DNA from: Eledone cirrhosa | Taxonomy: Eukaryota | Assembly (NCBI GenBank): GCA_964016885.1 | Contig: OZ024741.1 | Location: 82,398,001-82,462,000 of the forward strand | DNA: 64,000 bases | Direction: 5' to 3' | In this document: one piece after another, positions 27,988 through 41,837 of the stretch | How positions within the stretch are numbered: position 1 is the first letter of the stretch | How the letters are laid out: each line of letters opens with the position of its first letter | Translations under genes and position numbers: made by a program | Notes under the pieces: generated by a model | What the model saw: only the letters and a program-made list of their open reading frames with translations | Told to the model about the DNA's origin: nothing | The model's database searches: none

Positions 27988-28599
27988 AGAGGAAGAAGAA
28001 GAAGACGAAGACGAAGAAGAAGAAGAAGAAGAAGAAGAAGAAGAAGAAGAAGACGAAGAAGAAGAAGAAGAAGAAGAAGAAGAAGAAGAAGAAGAAGAAG
28101 GAGGAGAAGAAGAAGAAGACGAAGAAGAAGAAGAAGAAAAAGAAGAAGCAGAAGCAGAAGAAGAAGGAGAAGAAAAAGAAGAAGAAGACGAAGACGAAGA
28201 AGAAGAAGAAAACGAAGAAGTAGAAGAAGATGAAGAAGAAGAAGAAGAAGAAGAAGAAGAAGAAGAAGAAGAAGAAGAAGACGCAGACGAAGAAGAAGAA
28301 GAAGAATACGCAGACGAAGAAGACGGAGAAGAAGAAGAAGAAGAAGAAGACGAAGAAGAAGGAGAAGACGAATGAGAAGAAGAAGACGAATAAGACAACG
28401 ACGAAGAAGAAGAAGAAGAAGAAGAAGAAGAAGACGAAGAAGAAGAAGAAGAAGAATATGAAGAAGAAGAAGAAGAAGAAGAAGAAGAAGAAGAAGAAGA
28501 ATATGAAGAAGAAGAGAAGAAGAAGAAGAAGAAGAATATGAAGAAGAAGAAGAAGAAGAAGAAGAAGAAGAAGAAGACGTAGAAGAAGAAGACGAAGAC

Positions 28600-28638
<39 letters not shown>

Positions 28639-29377
28639 GAAGAAGAAGAAGAAGACGTATAAGAAGAAGGAGAAAAAGAATAAGGAGAAGCAGAAGACGA
28701 AGACGAAGAAGAAGAAGAATAAGAAGAATAAGAAGAAGAATAAGAAGAAGAAGAAAAAGAAGAAGAAGAAGAAGAAGAAGAAGAAGAAGAAGAATAAGAA
28801 TAAGAAGAAGAAGAAAAAGAAGAAGAGGAAGAAGAAGACGAAGAAGAAGAAGAAGAAGAAGAAGAAGAAGAAGAAGGAGGAGAAGAAGAAGAAGACGAAG
28901 AAGAAGAAGAAGAAAAAGAAGAAGCAGAAGCAGAAGAAGAAGGAGAAGAAAAAGAAGAAGAAGAAGAAGAAGAAGAAGAAGAAGAAGAAGAAGAAGAAGA
29001 AGAAGAAGACGCAGACGAGAAGAAGAAGAGAATACGCAGACGAAGAAGACGGAGAAGAAGAAGAAGAAGAAGAAGACGAAGAAGAAGGAGAAGACGAATG
29101 AGAAGAAGAAGACGAATAAGACAACGACGAAGAAGAAGAAGAAGAAGAAGTAGAAGAAGAAGAAGAAGAAGAAGAATATGAAGAAGAAGAAGAAGAAGAA
29201 GAAGAAGAAGAAGAAGAAGAAGACGAAGAAGAAGAAGAAGAAGAAGAATATGAAGAAGAAGAAGAAGAAGAAGAAGAAGAAGAAGAAGAAGAAGAAGAAT
29301 ATGAAGAAGAAGAAGAAGAAGAAGAAGAATATGAAGAAGAAGAAGAAGAAGAAGACGTAGAAGAAGAAGACGAAGAC

Positions 29378-29413
<36 letters not shown>

Positions 29414-29996
29414 GAAGAAGAAGAAGAAGAAGAAGACGTATAAGACGAAGGAGAAAAAGAATAAGGAGAAGCAGAAGACGAAGACGAAGAAGAAGACGAA
29501 TAAGAAGAATAAGAAGAAGAATAAGAAGAAGAAGAAAAAGAAGAAGAAGAAGAAGAAGAAGAAGAAGAAGAAGAAGAAAAAGAAGAAAAAGAAGAAGCAT
29601 ACGCAGACGAAGAAGAAGAAGAAGAAGAAGAAGAAGAAGAAGAAGAAGAAGAAGAAGAAGAAGAAGACGAAGACGAATAATAATAATAATATTAATAATA
29701 ATAAGAAGAAGAAGAAGAAGACATATAAGAAGAAGGAGAAAAAGAATAAGGAGAAGAAGAAGACGAAGAAGAAGAAGAAGAAGAAGAAGAAGAAGAAGAA
29801 GAAGAAGAAGAAGCAGAAAAAGAAGAAGAAGAAGAAGAAGAAGAAGACGAAGAAGAAGAAGGCGAAGAAGAAGAAGAAGAAGCCGAAGAAGAAGAAGAAG
29901 AAGAAGAAGAAGAAGAAGAAGAAGAAGAAGACAAAGAAGAAGAAGAAGAAGAAGAAGAAGAAGAAGAAGAAGAAGAAGAAGAAGACAAAGAAGAAG

Positions 29997-30028
<32 letters not shown>

Positions 30029-30347
30029 GAAGAAGAAGAAGAAGAAAAAGAAGAAGAAGAAGAAGAAGAAGAAGAAGAAGAAGAAAAAGAAGAAGGAGAA
30101 GAAGAAGAAGAAGAAGAAGAAGAAGAAGAAGAAGAAGAAGACGAAGACGAAGAAGAAAACGAAGAAGAAGAAGAAGAAGAAGAAGAAGAAGAAGAAGAAG
30201 AAGAAGAAGAAAAAGACGACGAAGACGAAGACGAATAATAATAATAATAATAATAATAATAAGAAGAAGAAGAAGAAGAAAAAAGAAGAAGACGAAGACG
30301 AAGAAGAAGACGAAGAAGAAGAAGTAGAAGACGAAGAAGAAGATGAA

Positions 30348-30394
<47 letters not shown>

Positions 30395-30879
30395 AGAAGA
30401 AGAAGAAGAAGAAGAAGAAGAAGAAGAAGATCAGAGTAATCTATAATAACATTGAATTGCTTAGCAATACTTTAAAAATGAAATAATTTTTTTTATTTTT
30501 TGTTTTAAATTCTAACTTAAAGTAAACCTGAATATCGAAGAAATGTTATTGGAACGTTATGGGCTGTGAAATTGGAAATGCCAAAGACATTTAATATAAC
30601 AGATTCTACGACTTCATTTGCCAGATTATTGTTGATTGTAATGTCTCCATTTAGCTACGGTTTAAATGCAGTTCCTACCAATCATATCATGAAAGATTTC
30701 AACGCAAATATTATAGAGATCCCATATAAACTACACACATGTATGTTTTACCAATGCCAGTATCGATGTTGTGTGTTCAAGTTCTATGATCACTTGAACA
30801 GCCTACATGGGATATTATCGTGCTTATCATTACAGAGAGATTCAGGGCGAGAATATGTGCCAACGCTGGATCTTAGGAT

Positions 30880-30995
30880 AACAGAACTCCTTTTTCCCCA
30901 AATGAGTGAACTAGAACAACACGAAATAAAGTATCCTGAACGCTTTATTTAAAATCGAACTCACAAACATACGATCTTGAGCTGATCTCGCTAAA
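30880..30995 (-). mobile_element. Degenerate tRNA-derived SINE fragment
   Basis: Reverse-complement B-box-like TCGAACTC next to a CORE-like segment; recognised from memory only. Confidence 0.35.
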
Positions 30996-31089
30996 CAATA
31001 AAGTTTGTCCCGGAAAACAGTGATCGACAGACCAACAGACTGCACCGCATTCATAATGGAATCCCTCGAATCACAGTACATGATTGACA

Positions 31090-31850
31090 TACCACAAACA
31101 ACATCACGACAAAATGGCTATGCAGACCTCACCCGCCTTCACTCTGATAGTCTGGACTAACGCAGAGAGTGTATTAATAGCAGGCATAACTCAACTGGCA
31201 ACATATTTCAAGGCTGGCGATTGAAATAGAACATAACAAAAACGACTGTGATATCATTCCATCTGAATACCAAGGAGAAAAATCGCCAGCTCACTATTAA
31301 ACACGATGGCATATCGTTCCTATATAACACCGCACCAAAGATGTATAGTTTAACATCTCGAGTTTCTACGTTCAAAGGTGTCGACGGGAAACAACAATCT
31401 ACGTCACTTTAAAGTTCATCGTGGGGGGCTGGTACATCCAGCCCATATACCACTACCCTAGCCTTGACCTATAGTGCTGAAGAGTATGCCACATCTGTAT
31501 GGTGCAGGGTCTCCCATACTAAATTGAAACACCTTATGAAGAACACCTTATGGCTCATCATTAGATTATTCCGTTCTATACCAACTGAATATCTTCCTGT
31601 AACTTCGGGCATTGATCTTGCACCCCTTCGTACAGAGTATCACGCACACCCATATTGTTAACCAAGGTCTCAATAGACCCAATTCGTCTAATAGATAAAC
31701 ACCGCTAAATGTCACGCTAAATGTCACGCCACCCTTTCTCTCGTCCAGCAGTTGTAAATGTCATATTCCAATATGCTTCAGGCGTGGAGAGCTAACTGAG
31801 AACAGACATCTCGACCGTGGCCCAACTGAATATCAACTCAAATACAGTGT
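31090..31850 (+). pseudogene. Decayed LINE RT C-terminal fragment, Ingi/Vingi-like
   Basis: Fragmented motifs YAD, WRLK, FHLN, SWGA, LALTYSAEEYATSVW, LPVTSGI with many indels. Confidence 0.6.
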
Positions 31851-32079
31851 AAGAAATATGATTTTAACTGGATTAGAAAATATATATTATATATATTTGA
31901 ACAAGTCCTGCATGTCATACAAGAAATATATCATCTAAACTAGAATGTTAACCTTTGGAACTCTATAACCAAATATTCTCTACTCCATAGCCATGACAGC
32001 ATATACACCGCATACAAACCAGTATCTTTGCTATAAATAATACAGAATCTACCCCATAAATGTGACATTATGAACGATG

Positions 32080-32560
32080 CAAACAAGAGATTATCTTAAC
32101 TACAAATACGATAATACCTACTCTGCAAACATGATGTTCTCTACGTCAAAGTCAAATAGTATGAACACTAAAAATGAGATATTATATTCACTACAAACAT
32201 AACATTTCCTATGCTACAAACCTATACCTATACAACAAACAATATACTATCTACATTATAAACAATATATTATCTACACTACAACCAAGACAGTGTCTAT
32301 GATAAAAGTTCGTCATCTGTACTACACGTGAGATGTTATTTACATTACAAACAAAGCCGCATTTATACTACAGGCAAGGGAGTATCTACTATACAGACAC
32401 TATATTATCAACACTACGAACGTTATATTATCTACACTACAAACAGGATATCTACATTACAAAGCCGTATTTTTACTACAAACAAGGCAGTACCTATGTT
32501 ACAAGCAAAATATCATTTACAAAACGAACAAGATATTATCTATAATACAATGTACATCTG
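32080..32560. repeat. Degenerate minisatellite built on TATCTACACTACAAAC-like units
   Basis: Recurrent CTAC/TACAAAC words about every 20-30 bp. Confidence 0.65.
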
Positions 32561-32744
32561 CATATGACAAAGGAAGGCTTGGTTCGCGAGGGCACAAGTA
32601 TTTCCCAGCATTGACATGTTCTTGTTACTCATGGTGTTTTGTTACCTGGTTTGACTTTTATAATTTTTATATTACCGGATACACTAAAATGAATTTGTGG
32701 AATCGCTGAAACGTCAGTTAGAATGTTCGTGACATTCCTTTCTG

Positions 32745-32842
32745 ATCTCTGCACGATGAGTTAAAATACTGATATGATCAACTTAGCATTTCATACTTTC
32801 AGGGTTGATAAAAAAAGTACTAGCTCAGTACTGGAGTCGATT
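32745..32842 (+). mobile_element. SINE fragment (same family as 38555-38742)
   Basis: GATCAACTTAGCATTTCATACTTTCAGGGTTGATAAAAAAAGTAC resembles the reverse complement of 38600-38670. Confidence 0.5.
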
Positions 32843-33963
32843 CACGTCTATATATGTCTATGTCAATTCATCTGTATAACTTTCTTCCTTTCTCTGACGT
32901 TAACTGTCTTTTTTCCACCTGAAAATGTATAGGTCTCACCAAATTTAAAATGTCTCTCTACCTCGTACATTAATGCGTACATACATACATTAGTTGGTAG
33001 AGTGAAACTCCCTGTAAGACAATGCTAGGATACATTTGAAATCAATCAAATAATGTAATTACACTCAAAAATCACTGATCAATCAGATGTTAAGCATGAC
33101 TTCACTTGCACAAAGTGGCACGTAATGTGACAGAACCCAGAAGGATTTCATAGCACGGCGGAATTCGGATCTAAATGACTATACAATAAATACAGGCATA
33201 TGCAAATGTTTGATTTAGGAATTAAATACGTGTTGTGTCGTGAGTAAAATGGATCTGTAAAATATCTGTTCATATAAGCTGTTAAGTACATTTCAGGAAC
33301 GCACTAACAGTAAAACAAGACTCGTATACATAGAAGCAGAAACAAAATGTCACGCACACACTGACACCACATGAAAGCAGTTATATGTATATATATATAT
33401 ATATTTATATGTGTGTGTGTTTGTGTGTGTGAGAGAGAGAGAGAGTGGGTGTGTGTGTGTGCATGCGTGTGTGCATGTGTCTGTGTGACTATATCCGAGT
33501 GTTTATATGTCTTTAATATTCCAATATGCAATGTACAATTTAATTTATCTTGGAAGCTCTCGACCTTTCCCGATTTCAAATAAACAATGATTTATATCAC
33601 TTTCACATGGAATTATACCATTTTCTCTCTTTAATTCATCTCTGATTTGAATCCATCGAATTACTATTCTTTTTCCGATCTACAGAACAGCCCGTTCAAG
33701 AAATTAACGAGCAAGTGTCTGAACATTACACATACATATGTACCATTAATATATTTGTCACAGAGATTAGGTGTGACACAGATTGTAACAAGCTTGGCAT
33801 CTGGAATTACAAGTACAACTCATATTTGCCAACTGGTGTACTTCCTATATGTATAATGCAAAAAAATAAGACTACGTAACCATGATAACTTTAATTCATA
33901 TCCTACACAAATATTTACATAATTCTCTCTCTCTCTATATATATATATATTATATATATATAC

Positions 33964-34017
<54 letters not shown>

Positions 34018-34018
34018 G

Positions 34019-34069
<51 letters not shown>

Positions 34070-34518
34070 TGTATTTACATACTCATGTATGCGTAAAAAT
34101 ATATATTAAGGAAAGGCAATGAAGTTTTGTTTACAGTTGTTTATGTTTTCATTTCTTCTCGACCTGTTACGCGCACTTCGCAGTTTATAGGGTCACCTTC
34201 GCTTATATTAACATGTACCCGACGCCAGCAACGAACTGATCATCATACTGGTGATTCAACAAAAAATAAAATATTTTTGTTGAATCACCTGCCTGGTGAG
34301 CAAATGGATGCCGGAGTTGAGATCTTAATTTTCATAGGTGACATTCACCCACTCCTTTGCCTAAAGCTCGTATCAAGTCGATACTCAATATAATAATAAA
34401 TGCCTGTAAACTAAAGTTTTATCTTTTTTTTTTTATTACATTCACTCTGTGCATCAAGTGCTCATATTGGTACCAACACTTGTAATTCACTGAATCATCT
34501 ACGCTATATATATACACA

Positions 34519-34576
<58 letters not shown>

Positions 34577-36706
34577 AATAATTGTGTGTGCGTGTGTGTA
34601 TATGTCTGTGTGTGTGTGTGTTTGTGCATGTGTGTTTGTATTTTTGTAATACAGGATGTATTATTTTGTCCTAGATATAATATATAAGGAAAAAATTATT
34701 TTGGGGATTTTGAATATATGTTTGTTTAACGAGAACCTATCTGCGGCAAAACAATAGAAAAAATCAAATGGAAGGGAAATCAATGTTATTTTATCAAACA
34801 ACGCTCCGCCAGTGGCTCAGATCTAATGATCTGAGCTGCACTTAACGTCGTGTCATCTATGTAGATTCATATTTTTTCTAATTGAGTATTCTAACCCTCG
34901 TGCTATTGGAAACAATGTCTTGCACTTTTGCCGACATCTATATCACACACTATGAACCCTCTGAAGGGAATAGAAGTCTGGTTTCTCGTTGTCCTCGAAA
35001 TAAATACAATTCTTCGAATATAGCTATTCCTAAGAATATGAAATAAATACTCTGAGAGCATAACGAAGAAGTAATTATCACTCTATGTAACTAGTACTTT
35101 ATATATAGATTGTGAAATGGATCGAAGATATAATTAACTTCAGCGACATTTTGACAGGCAGTGCAGAGAAGTAACACATACCATACAGATTTCTATTCAA
35201 CACATAAACTAGTCGGAGAATTCGTCGTCTAATATTAGTGGTGTATAGTGATATATTTGTTGCTGGTCTATGCCATGTGTGTCTAACGAGGACAAACTAT
35301 TCTCAGGTCTTGTTTCCACCTGATCTCCGAAGATGTACCAATATAGGGTATGATGTAATTCCTCATTGCAGGCAGTGACAGGTTTGTTCTAATTATTGTT
35401 ATTTCGCCCATGGTTCAGCTTGATTGAGCATGACCTTGAAATTGAGTCCACGCTTACTATTCAGGAAAATACATAATTATATTTATATTTACTTTATTTA
35501 AGACGGCAAAGTATGATTTATGGCTGATATGGCTATTTTTTATAATATGCCAAATCACAAAAATTCTTCAACATTGACACACTAAACACAAGTTCATTTA
35601 ATGCATTTGTATTGTTTAGTTCGAAACTTTCCCACACCACCACATCCACGTTAATCCAATGTAATATCGTGATTGTGACACCTTGAATGTGTGGGAGCGC
35701 CACGAGCACTGGATAGATAACTTCTCTATCGACTTCGACATGATGAAAGGTAATTTGGGTTGCCGTGGGATTTCAACCGAGAAGGTAGAGACTCTCGCCA
35801 AAATATAAGTATTAAAGATAAGCAATTTAATACATTGATAGTGTAAAGCTCTAATCCGACGCTTTAACAAACTTCTTATATAGTGATATGAAGAAGATTA
35901 TTTATTCTTAATCTAGCTTGAAATCTCTGAAATCCAGAGATAATCAGCTCGGATGTTGTGAATCTTCCCGATTCCGAAAAAGCAAAAAATCAAATGTAAT
36001 TGAAGAGAAAGATTTAAATGACTGTTGATTTTAATAATACAAGTCTAATACTTTTAACTATTAACATTTGTTAATGATTTAGCAGAAAATGAATATATCT
36101 AAAAGTTAGTTAGTTAATTCAAATGTTTACAGTAAGTTTGCTACTGATCAGATTGTTGCAAACATTTCTGTTACAAGACGGCTTTAATTGAGGATGTAAT
36201 TATAGTGCTATTTTGTACATCTTACGAATGTTTTGCAAATATATTTTCGCGATGCACACTACATTATGAGTTAAATAATGTACATATGTTTTAAATAGAG
36301 GCTGTCAATTTACAGGAAATACTTTAGCAGACATCATTTCATTGGTACTGACAAACACTACAGCATTTTTTGTGAAATCATTAATAATATCATTCTAAAT
36401 TGCACAATAAATACTGACCGTCTTTAAAATTATTATATATAAAGTATTGGTTGGTGGAAATTGTGAGTGTAGATGGAACATATGTTGCTTTTACTAGTGA
36501 CGATGATGGTGGTGGGGGTCGTGATGGTAGTGGTGATAGTTCTGATAAGGATGATGATAGTAGTGAAGATGCCCATCGCTGACTTTGACAGCATTTAGCT
36601 GTACTAACGGCTGTTCTAGCGATGAATTTTCCAGTTTTTAAATGTAATCAAATACACACTCGCTTCGTCTCGATCAGAGACAACATTGGTTTATATATAT
36701 ACATAC

Positions 36707-36890
36707 AATGAAGTAAGAGTGGTAAGGAACCAGGTGGACGCAACAGGGTACTCAATACTGTGGGTAGTAGAGTGGGTAATAGGAAGATGTTCAAAACCCC
36801 GACGGCAGAACTCAAGCAGTTTCAACGGCTATTTCTGGACTAAATTAGATTTTTAGCGTGGTAATATGTAGCCGAACTTTTCAAGGGGTA
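36707..36890 (-). mobile_element. pLTR-like repeat, homolog of 53535-53661, with a degenerate long-stem-II hammerhead
   Basis: Aligns by eye with 53535-53661. Minus strand reads TTGAAAA..CGGCTA...TAGCCG..GAAA. Ends in (TA)n. Confidence 0.55.
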
Positions 36891-37411
36891 ATTCTAGATA
36901 TGGGCGTGCTATAATCATGCATTTCTGAAGATTGTAGTTGTCAAAAGGATTGGTCAAAATTTCTTGTAAACACAATTATATCTTTCATGGTGGTTGGTGG
37001 CTGCACTTGCCTGTAGAACAATGAGGGAGTGGGTGGAGCCGGTCAAGCGTTAAAAGTGAATTCTATACAGCAAATTCTAAGGAGTGTGGTTGAATTAGGC
37101 TAGCTAGAAAGCAGGCGAAAAAAGAATTCTAGAGGAATCTCCTTTTACCCAACCTCCCCTATCAGAACCAGCAGGCGACGCATCGAAATCACTAGACGTA
37201 TCTAAAGAACTTGCGCATCCAGAGTCAGGTACGATCCATAAACAGATCGCACCTCGAGCTGTTCGACGGAGAAACAATTGTTATACGTAATAAATTGTGT
37301 TCCGATGCATCACTGATTCTTCGTTTTCCATTTTATTATACCCTGCTCCGAAAGTGCATAGATTGCTCAACCGGCATACCGCCTATGGACGCATCCTAGC
37401 AACCATACGAC

Positions 37412-37447
<36 letters not shown>

Positions 37448-37530
37448 CAGAAGTGATATTCAATTTGTTGGTAATTCAACAAATATAAACGTTTATAACT
37501 GATTCAGAGCACTCTACAGTTTCTCTGGAG

Positions 37531-37760
37531 TATAATGATATTAAATAAATGGAAACCATATTGATAAAACCATATTTATTCTATCCAAGGATAAATTGAA
37601 CCGTTAAGTTATATTCTCCTTGGTTATGTCAAATTTTATAAATCACACTTCGTATTTTATCTGATGATAGCGCACCAAAATGTTGGTACCCTTCAAATAT
37701 ATATAATAGAATAAATATGGATTTATAAATATAGTTTCCATTTATTTAATATCATTGTAT
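37531..37760. repeat. Small element with ~55-bp inverted termini and internal CTGATGA
   Basis: 37531-37584 is an imperfect reverse complement of 37706-37760; CTGATGA at 37661. Confidence 0.55.
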
Positions 37761-37771
37761 ATATATATATA

Positions 37772-38152
37772 TCTTGTTATATTGGGAGGATCATGTTGCC
37801 ATTAAGAAACACACGCACCAGTGCTTTCACTCTAATTTATTATAAATTAAATTTATAAATTTCCGGTTGGTTGGTCGGTTGGTTCCACAACTAGCCGGTT
37901 GTTCATATATTGTCAAAGTTCTTTCGTCACACATTCTGTGACCTCTTCAATGACTGGGGATTCTTCTCTTTGGTTTGTAACTCTCCTTTGTTCTGTCCAC
38001 AGAATGTGTGACGAAAGAAATTTGACAATATATGAACAACCGTCCAATTGTGGAAAAACCAATCAACCGGAAATTTATAATAAATTGGAGTGAAAGCAAC
38101 TGGGGCGTGTGTCTCTTATTGGCAACATGACCCTCCCAAAGTATAACAATAT
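37772..38152. repeat. Inverted-repeat element (~160-bp arms) in (TA)n with a degenerate hammerhead
   Basis: Arms 37772-37940 and 37998-38152. Minus strand 37912-37954: GTCA TTGAAGA G GTCAC-loop-GTGAC GAAA GAAC TT TGAC. Confidence 0.75.
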
Positions 38153-38206
38153 CGGTTTCAACACACGTTTTCAGATAAAGAATCTTGCTAAACAAATTCA
38201 GAAACG

Positions 38207-38278
<72 letters not shown>

Positions 38279-38554
38279 ATCTACATATGTATATGTCCAT
38301 GTATGTGTGTTTATGAGTATGAATAAGGATCTCTTTTGAAACGCATGTGGCTATATTTGATACATATAGTCTGAAATTACTTCATCTATAAATCAATGAA
38401 ACCGACCTTACTTAAATAGCAACTAACTCTGACGAGCCTTACTTACTTATAGGGTTCTAGGTCGCGATTGGTCGGAATAGATTATACAACCCCAACTCAT
38501 TAGTGTAAGTATTTACATGGCAGTATTTTACCTAAAGATAAAATGATAAAATGA

Positions 38555-38742
38555 TTGTTTCTACTTTTAGAACAAGGCCAGCAATTATTACAGTGTATTA
38601 CTGGTACTTTATATTATTGACCCCGTAAGGATGAAAGGCAAAGTTAACCTCGGTGGAATTAGAACTCAGTCCGTAAAGGGACGTAATTGTGCTGCAAAGC
38701 ATGGCGTCCGACTCTCTACCGATACTTCCATTCCACCGCCCT
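38555..38742 (-). mobile_element. tRNA-derived SINE
   Basis: Minus strand: GGGCGGTGGAATGG head, GAGTTCTAATTCC B-box-like motif, central GCCTTTCATCCTTACGGGGTCAATAA-GTACCAG; flanked by repeated ATAAAATGAT. Confidence 0.7.
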
Positions 38743-38781
38743 ATAAAATGATAAAATAATATTATATAATATTATACATGC

Positions 38782-38813
<32 letters not shown>

Positions 38814-39539
38814 ATGTTTATATTCATATATATATACATATATATGTACACACATATATGCGTGTGTGTGTGTGCATGCATGTATATACACCAACTATCA
38901 GCACCAGTATCCATAATATTGTTATGCTAGTTCTGTAAACATCTTTCTTTACAAGACCACTGACTACACCTTGATCATTATTTCACTAGGTAATATAATT
39001 TTAATCATACACGTTGTAACACAGGGGAATATTTGAACTGGCTACATTAAGGAAAAATACCGATTCACAGCTTTTGAGTTTGCCACGTGAAATCGAAATT
39101 TCCAATGCTTATAACTAACAATAGAATATGAGGTCAGCTAATTCGGCTCTCCATGTTTATTTCAACTTCGAACCGGAATAATATTAATGATAATTTACGT
39201 ATGTTTCTAAAATTATATATACCTACTTGTGCGAAAAACTTGTGGCCTCTGAAATAATTTCCCTTCGCCTGCTGCATTTCACACTCCTGCCTATATATAT
39301 TATTTAACCACCAAGTATTACAAGTAATAATAATAGTATTATTAATATGTATGTAGTACTGCCTTTTATCACAACCTTTAAACACAATCTCTTCCATCCT
39401 TGCACGTTAAAACAATTTCCTGTACAGTCTTCATTAGATGCGTGTACCCCCGTCAGACATTTGATATTGTATCTATTCTTATAATTGAAAGTTGATTAAG
39501 CTTTATTTATTTCTTTTGTAATTCCTGATGTTATTCATC

Positions 39540-39590
<51 letters not shown>

Positions 39591-39651
39591 AATATATGAA
39601 TATATATGTGTAAATATATATATATATATGAATATATATGTATATATATAT

Positions 39652-39683
<32 letters not shown>

Positions 39684-39711
39684 GTATATATATATATGTA
39701 TATGTATATGT

Positions 39712-39897
<186 letters not shown>

Positions 39898-39903
39898 GTA
39901 TAT

Positions 39904-40077
39904 TTGGGAGCCCCTACATGGACACACTAGAAGATGAAGACCAAGGTTAACGTATGTTGTTGCCCTAAGGACAGACACTGGTCTGTTGGAGACGCAGGAC
40001 ATGGCAGCGATAATGAGGGACAAAGGCCGCTGGACAGAACTCGTCCATGGATCTCGGGAATTTTACCCGCCTTAGAT
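39904..40077 (+). mobile_element. RTE-like LINE 3' fragment in (TA)n
   Basis: Reverse-complement match to 49443-49617; encodes [10 protein letters not shown]...GSREFYPP*; short TAGA tail. Confidence 0.85.
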
Positions 40078-40123
40078 AGATAGATGGATATATGTACATA
40101 TATATACATGTATATATATATAT

Positions 40124-40284
<161 letters not shown>

Positions 40285-40308
40285 AGTAAATATATATATA
40301 TATATGTC

Positions 40309-40485
<177 letters not shown>

Positions 40486-40486
40486 T

Positions 40487-40521
<35 letters not shown>

Positions 40522-40530
40522 ATGTATATT

Positions 40531-40594
<64 letters not shown>

Positions 40595-40606
40595 AATATA
40601 TACATA

Positions 40607-40650
<44 letters not shown>

Positions 40651-40714
40651 AATATACATATATATATATATGTATATTTATATATATATATATTTATATA
40701 TATGTATATTTATA

Positions 40715-40834
<120 letters not shown>

Positions 40835-40840
40835 AATATT

Positions 40841-40921
<81 letters not shown>

Positions 40922-40965
40922 ATGTATATATATATATATATATGTATATATATACATATATATAC

Positions 40966-41028
<63 letters not shown>

Positions 41029-41077
41029 CATATATATACATATATATATATATACATATATATATACATATATATAC

Positions 41078-41151
<74 letters not shown>

Positions 41152-41159
<8 letters not shown>

Positions 41160-41514
41160 AAAAAGAGATGAAATCGAAAATGCAACTGAAGTCTTATTTT
41201 TTTTTTTTAAATATATATATCTATTTGGTTCCTTTACCGGTTTCGCAGTTCTTCTGCTTTTCAAAAGGTGAGTTGAGATGGAGGGTCTGTGGTTTTTCTC
41301 ACATGTGAGAAAAACTACAGACCCTCCATCTCAACTCACCTTCTGGAAAGCAGAATAACTGCGAAACCGGTAAAGGAACCAAATAAATATATATATTTAA
41401 AAAAAAAAAAATAAGACTTCAGTTGCATTTTCGATTTCAGCTCTTTTTCTTTATACTTTCACTCGTGTAGGACACCTCGGTTATTTTTCATTTTGTAAAA
41501 AAAACCTCACTTTC
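41152..41514. mobile_element. Palindromic PLE-type mini-element (~150-bp arms centred at 41303/41304)
   Basis: Near-perfect palindrome 41152-41455 plus a ~60-bp unique extension; one hammerhead motif per arm. Confidence 0.85.
41231..41268 (-). ncRNA. Minimal type I hammerhead ribozyme, U3-A8 variant
   Basis: CCTT TTGAAAA GCAG-AAGAA-CTGC GAAA CCGG TA AAGG: stems I and II pair fully, stem III is the palindrome ACCGGT, GUA site. Confidence 0.75.
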
Positions 41515-41521
41515 TAATATA

Positions 41522-41649
<128 letters not shown>

Positions 41650-41719
41650 TATATATATATATACAGATATATATATATATATATACTTTTATATATATAT
41701 ATATACATATTTATATACA

Positions 41720-41837
<118 letters not shown>

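Larger units (their letters stand above)
13056..30429. repeat. Compound (GAA)n satellite with GAC/GGA variants, recurrent cassettes and (AAT)n islands
   Basis: Visible; recurrent cassettes GAATACGCAGAC, GAATAAGACAAC, GAAGGATAA, GAATGATAA, GAAGCATACGCA. Interrupted by a gap and a LINE 5' fragment. Confidence 0.97.

Noticed and set aside
11337-29988. Giant ORFs (up to 3279 aa) of poly-L/F/S/K/R/E
   Set aside because: By-products of stop-poor GAA/TTC triplets; one even reads through the N gap.
13056-32560. CRISPR-like array in the GAA cassettes or the 32 kb minisatellite
   Set aside because: No constant repeat with unique fixed-length spacers and no cas genes.
34250-34289. 16-bp-arm hairpin as an intrinsic terminator
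   Set aside because: Eukaryotic context and no upstream gene; isolated AT-rich inverted repeat.
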